Below are positions 53,754 through 61,702 of a stretch of DNA of 61,702 nucleotides, piece by piece. The notes beneath the pieces were generated by a model. It was not told where the DNA came from and made no database searches. It was given only the letters and a program-made list of their open reading frames with translations. This stretch comes from Pseudogymnoascus verrucosus (taxonomy: Eukaryota): the NCBI GenBank assembly GCA_001662655.1, contig KV460281.1. One strand, written 5' to 3'. Each line of letters starts with the position of its first letter. The stretch's first letter is position 1. Both the position numbers and the translations under genes were made by a program.

Positions 53754-56700
53754 CTTTAAGCACTACTTCTACAAGGTACTAGCTTATACATAAGCAACAT
53801 GGCTAGAAACGATTTAGCATCTAACGTGGGGTTAAAGGGCAAGGCAGCTGTTAAGCCTATCCCGTTACCTACTACTACACCTACACCTAAGGGACTACAC
53901 CCCTTAGACAAACTTAAGATTGCATTCCTAGACACCTTTAATGGGGACTATAAGAAGCTTAAGAGCTTCCTCATCTAGACGGAACTCTAGATGGCCTTTA
54001 ATGCTAAGCACTTTGCCTTTAAAGTATAGTAAGTCCTATAGGCAGTGGCCCTCCTAAGGGGCTCTACCTCTAACTAGATTGCTAATTACCTAACGGACTA
54101 CATAAGCTACTAAGTAGCTAACGGACAAGTTACTACAACGGCTAACTAAGGCACTAAGGATATCTTTATTACTTAGGCTAGCTTCGTTAAGCAACTTAAG
54201 GTGAACTTTAGGGACGTTAACGAAAGAAGAAACGTAGTGCGAGCCCTTAAGGCCCTTAAGTAGAGGGGGTTAGCAGTTACATATACTACTAAGTTCTAGT
54301 AGCATGCCTCCCTTACTAGTTAGGGAGACGAGGCTATATGCAACTAATACTACAAGGGGCTAAAGGATCATGTAAAGGACAAAATCTCCTAGTTAGACAA
54401 ACTAGATGACCTTAAAGAATTAATTAAGATGGCCTAGAAGATCAACAATTGTTACTACGAACGCTAACTCAAAAGGAAGGGAGGAACAACTAGCTACTAA
54501 TGGACCTAAAAGAGGAGAACTTAGAAGAGTCATTAGCCTTAGCCTATAGAGCTTAACGCTACGTTTAAGCCTAGTAGGAGACCCTATAACCTAAACAAAG
54601 AGCAATAGCTTAAGGAGCAGTTGTGTTTTAATTATAACAAGCTAGGCTACATAGCCTAAGATTACAAGCAACCTAAGAAAGGGAACGGAGGACATAAGAA
54701 GTTTAGGAGACAACTTAACGCTACTTAGAAGGGACAGTTAAATGCTACGTTTATAAATAAACCTAACTAGGGAATTACTAGCGTTAGCACCCTAGAAGGA
54801 GAGAGCTTAGGCAACGAAGATCTTAACAACTTCGACACATTACTTAAGAAGGAGAACGAACTCCTAAATAGGGGATTAACAGAATCCTAGAAACTCTAGC
54901 TAAAGGAGTTTAAAGAAGATGCAAAGGAGATTGCATTTAAGGAGAATCTACTAAGAGTAGTTAACGTCTATAGACAGGCCATGCTCTAAAAGGGAACTCT
55001 AAGAGCAATTCCTATACTACTGCCCCTAACTAGCTAGTAAGGTACCTAACAAGACTAGGAAGTTGCAATCTATATAATAAGGTGCTACCCTAGGTACCCG
55101 TTTAGACGAGAACCTAGGGGAGCAAATCACACCTTAAGTAAGGCTATAATGTAGTTAAAATATAAGCTTGTAGAATACAACGTGCAAGACGAATAGTAGG
55201 AGAACACTTAGGGACCTAAACCCTAGGAACTATAAGTAGACTAAGCTACTATAGACTATAAACCTACTAATAGAGACGTAGAAAGGTTACGTATAACTAA
55301 GGAGAAATCTAAGCTCATAGGCAAGACAAAGGAGGAATAGGAATTAACAAAGTTAGATGCATTAAGGATTAATTACCCCTAGTACCCATATATATTCTAA
55401 GAACACTATAAGTACGATGACTACGAGAGTTACCTACGGAAAAAGACCTAGTATTAACTATTTCTAAAAATTGCACCTTAGGTCTACTTTACGGATATAG
55501 ACTAAATTCATGCCCTTAGACGAAGTTAGTCTAAAGGAGAACTACCGTTAAAGAAACAATAATAGGTATATAAGAAATACCTACACCTACTAGATGAAGT
55601 AGAAGGATAGGGAGGACAATCTTCCTAAGGACTACCTATAGAGGATGATGAACATTACTATTACTCCTTAGACGAGTTAAAAAACTAGGAGTCCTTAACG
55701 GTAGGCTACTAGCAAGTAATAAAGAGAGGCTTAGTACAAAGTAGCTATGTGCCATAAGAGGCAGTATACAGCTATATGTAGTTGCTAAGATATAATAGCA
55801 ACACCTTCGAGCTATGATTAACTTAGGAGCAACAGGCAACTTTATAACAAAGAAAGTAGTAGACACTTAAGGTTTTAAGACGTAATTGAAAACCGATCCT
55901 TACCTGTTAATGGTAGTAGATAGAGAGCCCATCTTAACTAATAAAGGGATGGTAACCTATAAGACAGCCCCATTAGAAATGGTCATGCTACGTAGACATA
56001 AGGAAACGATCTAATTTAATATCGTATACATGGACAACTATGCATGTATCCTTAGTATGCTATGGCTTAAGAAACACAACCCCTAGATTAACTAGTAGAA
56101 CAAGAAAGTTGTAATGAGCTAGTGTGCGTGTAAATAACGAACGGATACGCTATAATAGGAGAAACCCTCCTAGGGCTAACGTAAGGTATATGCGACCTCT
56201 ATAGAGCCTAGTGACCTAGCCTAGGCACCCTTACTAACGAATATACTAGTAGAGTATAAGGAATACAAGCAGCTATTCTAGGAAGGCCCTAAGAACGAGG
56301 CGCTTCCTAAGTACTAACCATAGGATCATGTAATACCCTTAGAAGAAGGAAAGAGTCTACCGTTTAGACTAATATACTAGATGTTAGTAGATGAGTTGAA
56401 ACTACTAAAAGAATATATTAACGATAACCTTAAGAAAGGATTTATTAGACCGTCTAAATCTCCTATAGGAAGCCTAATGTTATAGGTTCCTAAGAAGGAT
56501 GGAAGCAAACGACTATACGTAGACTATTAAGCATTAAACAACATAACGATAAAGGATTAATACACCTTACTGTTAATTAATGAGTTACACAACAGATTCT
56601 AAGGAGCTAAGATCTTTACTAAGCTAGATCTACATAGCGCGTATAACCTAATCTAGATAGCTAACAGCAAGGAGTAGAAGATAGCATTCTACACCTACTA

Positions 56701-59239
56701 TAGCCTATTTAAATATTAAGTCATGTCCTTTAGGTTAACTAACGCCCCTACATCTATGTAACGCTTAATGAATGACGCTTTACATAAATATCTAGACATA
56801 TTCACCATCGTTTACTTAGACAATATACTAGTATACTTAGCAAACAAGGACAAACATGCTTAGTATGTTAAGCTCATCCTCTAGAAGCTAAAGGAATACA
56901 ACCTACTATTAAAGCTAGAGAAATGTAAGTTCTATAAAAACCAAGTTAAATTCTTAGGCTACATTATTAGAACGCACAGCATTAAGATAGACTAAGCAAA
57001 GGTTATAGCAGTGTTAGAATGGCTAATACTAACTATGGTTAAGGAAGTACAAGCCTTCTTAGGCTTTGCTAACTTCTACCGTTAGTTCATTATAGGATAT
57101 TCTAAAGTAGCTCAACTACTTATAGAGCTTACTAGGAAGGATCTCGTGTTTAAATGGATAGACAAAGTAGAGACTACCTTCTAGGAACTTAAGACAAAGT
57201 TCATAGAGGCACCTATCCTTACAACATTTAACCCTATAAAGAAGATTGTCCTTAAGACAGACGCTTCTAACTTCATAATTAGAGCATGTCTAAATCAGCT
57301 AGGCGAGAACGGTAAGTTCAAACTAATTACATACTACTCTAGGAAACTGTTACCTATAGAGCTTAACTATAACATCTATAATAAGGAGCTACTAGCTATT
57401 GTCGTTGCCTTTAAGTAGTAGCACGTATATCTTAAGGGATCTACCTACACTATGTAAGTGTAGATAGATCACAAGAACCTTATATACTTTACTATAACTA
57501 AGGTTTTAAACTGTAGACAAGTCTACTAGGTAGAAACCCTTATAGCCTATAACTTCATAATAACCTATCGTAAAGGCTCTAAGAATGCAAGAGTAGATGC
57601 TCTTAGTAGAAGGACTAACTACATCGGCCTAAAGGAAGAAAGGCCTAGAGTAATATTAAAGAAGATAGACGTAGGAATGTAATACAACGAACTAATAGCT
57701 ATAATTGCCATTATAGAAGACATAGAACTTAAGCAGAGACTTAAGAACGCTTATGTAATAGACGAAATAGCAAAGCGAACCCTAAACAAAGTTAAAGGAA
57801 ACTTCTCTATTAACGAACAAGGGCTAATCTAATTTAAAGGATTAGTGTATGTCCTAAGTTAAATGAGACGCCTACTAGTACAAGAACAACACTCGTTACT
57901 AGCACATAGTCATTAGGGAGTAACATAAACCTTTAAACGAATTACACGACACTACTACTTCCTAGGTCTAAGGAAGTAGGTAGAAACAATTGTGTTAGGA
58001 TGCAACATTTACTAGAAGTTAAAAGCAAATAGACATATACTATATGGACTTTTAAAGTCCCTACTAACACTAAAACGAGCATAGTCCTTAATAGCAATTA
58101 ACTTTATTGTTAAGTTGCTATTATTAAAAGAGCTAATAATAGGATTTGTTATAGACTCTATTATGGTCTCTAACTATAGGCTTATAAAAGAAGCACACTT
58201 TACGCCGTTTAAAGAAGCGTTAGACGTGAAGGCGTTAGCATATATCTTTCTAAAAGTCATTGTCATAGCGCATAGGCTACTAGACGAGATAATTTCAGAT
58301 AGAGATAAGCTCTTTACATCTAAATTCTAGTAGACAGTCATAGTGCAGCTTAGAACAAACCATAAGCTGTCTATAGCTTTTCATCTATAAACGGATGGAT
58401 AAACAGAACGAACTAATTAGACGTTAGAGGCGTATCTATAAAGCTACGTTAATGCTAAACAGGACAACTAGGTCTAGTACCTACATTTAGCAGAGTTTGC
58501 ATATAATTCGTTACTATTAGAGGTAACAAAAGTCTCACCATTCTTTACTAATAACGGATGGCAACTAGAGGCGTATAAGACGCTAAGACTAGATAAATTT
58601 CGCTCTAAGGAAGGAACGTTAGAAGTATTAAAGATACTTTCCTTCTAGAAACAACTAGCAACGGACATCTAGTTCTTAAATGAACGATCTACTACATATG
58701 CAAATAGGAAGCGTAGTATAGAACCTACCTTTAAGGAGGGGGATAAAGTATACCTACTCTAGAAAAACATCAAAACGAAACGACTAAGTACAAAGTTAGA
58801 CTTTAAGAAATTAGGACCATTTAAGATATTAGAGAAAGTTAGCTTAGTTAATTATAAGCTGTAGCTACCTAAGAACTCTAAACTCTATCTAGTGTTTTAT
58901 GTCTCATTATTAGAACTAGCAAGAGGGGATGCCCTAATTACAATAGATACTAAACTTTAACCTAAAAATGAGATCATTAAATATAAGGTTAAGGCGATCC
59001 TAGACAAAAGGTTAGTAGGACGCTAAGAAGAGTTTTTAATAAAATGGAAAGGTTACGAACCTATAGACAACTTATAGGAGTTAAGGGGAAACCTTAGCTG
59101 CCTAGAGTTGCTAGTAGAGTTCTACTATTAACACCCTAACGATTAAAGAACCTAGGGGAAAGGGCTAATAGGTAGTTGTACTTAGGGACGGTACTCCTAG
59201 GGTTAGTTATAGAAGGACTAGCAAGGTAACTATAGGCTT

Positions 59240-59648
59240 TAGCTTCTTACTACTTACGTTCTTCTACCTCCTTTAGTTCGTTAAGGGTCTTTAGACTATA
59301 GTAAAGCATCTTAGTACCTTAGGTCTTAAGGAGATCCTACTGCTGCTTAAGGTGGTTAAGACGGGCTATAGTAGTTGCTATAGCCTCATAAGTCATGTAA
59401 GTTTTAAGTTAAAGACGGTCCTCTTCTTTCTATAGCAACTACTAGTTACTAGTAGAGGGACTAGAGACATTACAGTTGTAGGAATTTAAACGAATACATT
59501 CATTACATCGTTTTAAGGATGTAGAAGCAAGGTAGTAGAGACCTCGTTTCTCGTAGTAGGAACAGGAAGGCATTTCAACCCCTTTATAGGTTATATAGTT
59601 AGTAAGTAGTTTACGTTCTTTGATTTTTAAGTGTTTAGAGGAAGACAT
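59240..59648 (-). pseudogene. Antisense Cys-rich ORF relic within the retrotransposon
   Basis: MPSCSYYEKRGLYYLASTSLKRCNECIRLNSYNCNV followed by a charged helical tract with RIP-type stops; 3' end approximate. Confidence 0.6.
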
Positions 59649-59761
59649 AGTTGTGGCCTTACCTACCCTACGAATATAGGGGACCTACTACGCTTAAGTA
59701 GGCTAGTAGATTCTTAGTTAGCATTAGCCTATAGGACTAGGCCTTAAGGGAGGGGACCTAG

Positions 59762-60290
59762 TGTTATAGCTAAAACATGCAACCTATATGCTATAAGATA
59801 GAATAATAAGGTAAAATAGCTTGCAGCTAATTAGTAGTAGGAAATGGACGTAGAGATTATAGGTAGCTTAGTTAATAAGGGCACCTTTAGGAAAAGGTAC
59901 CTTTCTTAGAAGGTACCTAGTAAAAGAAAGGTGCCTATTAGGAAAGGCACCTATATAGAGTAAGGTGCCTCCTTAGAAGGGCACCTATAGGAATTAGTAC
60001 CTATAATAAGTATAGCACCTCTTATAGGACGTACACGTAATTAGATTAGTAGGAATAGTGAGAATAGTTAGAGAGTCTACTATTCTAACTATTCCCTTTA
60101 GCACGACGCTACTATATAAGTAGATAGATAGTTCTTAGATAGGAGCTTCATGCTCAACTTAATATAGTATTTGTTATATACTATAACGTGTTTTATAAAA
60201 GCCTTTGTGTCTAATCCCCTGCCTCCTCTATTAAGTAAACTAATGTAATGAAACCTCTATGAGTCTTATAGTTTAAGACCTAGCGTTATA
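59762..60290 (+). repeat. 3' LTR (529 bp)
   Basis: TG...TA (terminal CA mutated); followed by AATAA. Confidence 0.93.
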
Positions 60291-61619
60291 AATAACACCT
60301 AGTATAATAGGAACTATCTAACCTACTTAGGCCTATACTAATGTAAAATCTACCTAATAGAGTTTTAGCTTAATACTAAGGTCTTTAGTTTCTTTAGTAA
60401 TAGGCTAATCTTAATATAATAGTTAGATCTAGGTAAGGGTATAACTCCTAAGGATCCTAAGTAGACAAGCTATATTAAGAAAGAAAATTAAAGTTAGGAA
60501 ACTCTAATTCCTTTTAAAGCTAGATTAATTAAAGCTATTTATTAAAAACAAGGTAACGTATTTTATATATAAGTTAGCTACATAGACTAGTTAGCTACTA
60601 AAACACTAAAAACACTAAAATGTGTTAACTAGACTATAATTAACAATGCTATAACTAATATAAGCCTAAGACTCTAATAAAGAGGATAGAACACTAAAGG
60701 CTATCTAAGTAATTAAAAATAGACACTTAAAGAGTGTCTGCTAAGCTATAGATGTTATAGGTATAGTAGGAGGCCTAACTTAGGGGCAACGTAGGCCTAG
60801 GGATTAGGGCTAAGGGACTAGTGCCTTAGGCATCCTATAGTAGTTGCACCTATATACCTATATGCCCTATGCCCTATAGCTAGTAGGATAGCATGTACTA
60901 CTAACCTACTACTAAGTTAGTAGGGACCTAACTATAAAGCAGTAGATAAGAGTAGCTAAGCCCCCTATAGGAAGGGCTTAGAGATTAGTCTATTAAATAC
61001 CATTTCTATTACTAGAGTCTATAGCTATAGCACGCTTCTACTAAACCCTTATAATAGAATTATATAATGTAACATTGTTAACCCTTAGTAATAGAATGAA
61101 TAGAATGCCTTCCTAATGTAATTCTACCCTTAGTATAAAGACATAGGGCACTATATTATAAGGAGTTACATATAGGAGTATAAGTTAGATATAAGTTAGT
61201 ATAATCCTATAGGTCTACTATAAAGGATATAAAAAAGATAAAGGTGTAACCCTATATAGCTATTCCCTTAAAATACCTAAAACTACTCTAACTTTAGCTA
61301 GCTCCCTATTTGCCTAAGGCTTCCTTACATTATGTGCCTAAGGCTATTAGTTACAACTAACCTATAACAGCCCTAAGTCTTAATAGTGCTATGTAATAGC
61401 TATAACTACCCTAAGTAAGGAGGCATCCTTATACTTAGCTTATAGAAGTTAACTCTATATAAAGAGTTAGCTCTTATTTAGTATATCCTTAATCTAGATT
61501 TATATAGATTTCTACCCTAGCTATAAGCTATATAAGAAATAGTAGACCTTCTACTTTCTAAATAAGGTAAGAGTCCTATTAAAAAGAACTAGACTACTAC
61601 CTTTATTAAGCATTATATA

Positions 61620-61702
61620 ACGTATTTCCCGTACGAGTGGCCCACCCGAACGAGTGGCCCACCAAAACACCAAAATTGACTATTACTGCCTACTACTACA
61701 CC
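61620..61702 (+). mobile_element. Terminal inverted repeat of a Tc1/mariner (Fot1/pogo-like) transposon, cut by the window end
   Basis: TA then ACGT start, with internal direct repeat ACGAGTGGCCCACC x2. Confidence 0.55.

Larger units (their letters stand above)
53273..60290 (+). mobile_element. Full-length Ty3/gypsy chromovirus, RIP-inactivated
   Basis: LTRs 53273-53753 and 59762-60290; TSD AATAA; PPT at ~59746-59761; gag with Zn knuckle (~54620), protease AMINLGATGNF, RT YLDNILVY, RNase H, integrase IISDRDKLFTSKF, chromodomain FLIKWKGY; heavy TpA excess. Confidence 0.95.
52396..60560 (+). pseudogene. RIP-degraded F-box protein gene split by the LTR retrotransposon
   Basis: FRKLPLELVGYIAKF F-box motif before the element; after it the relic reads ..EF*L...*LDLG.G.TPKDPK*.S; stops mostly TAA/TAG; ends approximate. 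Confidence 0.55.

Noticed and set aside
60600..61619. Possible gene or TE relic in the terminal AT-rich stretch
   Set aside because: Too RIP-degraded to assign by eye.

Overview
Intron-containing DNA from a filamentous ascomycete (GT-AG introns with CTAAC branch sites; RIP-mutated repeats). It has three zones. (1) 1-7.4 kb is GC-rich and core-like, with an F-box-like hypothetical gene and an FHS-family sugar permease. (2) 7.5-52 kb looks accessory. It holds a very large secreted SGNH + FG-GAP protein, an SRPK-like kinase pseudogene, a REI1-like zinc finger gene, F-box and CYSTM-like genes, a C2H2 TF, a GH3 beta-glucosidase, tRNA-Gly(GCC), a Zn2Cys6 TF/SDR/RTA1 group, a divergent alpha-amylase (pseudogene)/glucoamylase pair, a GRE2-like reductase and a GMC oxidoreductase. 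Solo LTRs and gene relics are scattered through it, and several genes carry single nonsense or frameshift lesions. (3) 52.3 kb to the end is AT-rich and RIP-degraded: a full-length Ty3/gypsy chromovirus (5-bp TSD) inserted in an F-box relic, and a Tc1/mariner (Fot1/pogo-like) TIR at the window edge. The most notable observation is a ~19.5 kb block bracketed by an intact tRNA-Gly and a direct-repeat broken copy of the same locus, with a DUF3435 (Starship captain)-like fragment near its left end. Also notable are a TSD-flanked structured insert in a kinase intron, an antisense Cys-rich ORF in the retrotransposon, and a toxin-like C-terminal region on the SGNH/FG-GAP protein. Family calls come from motif recognition by eye, not database searches.
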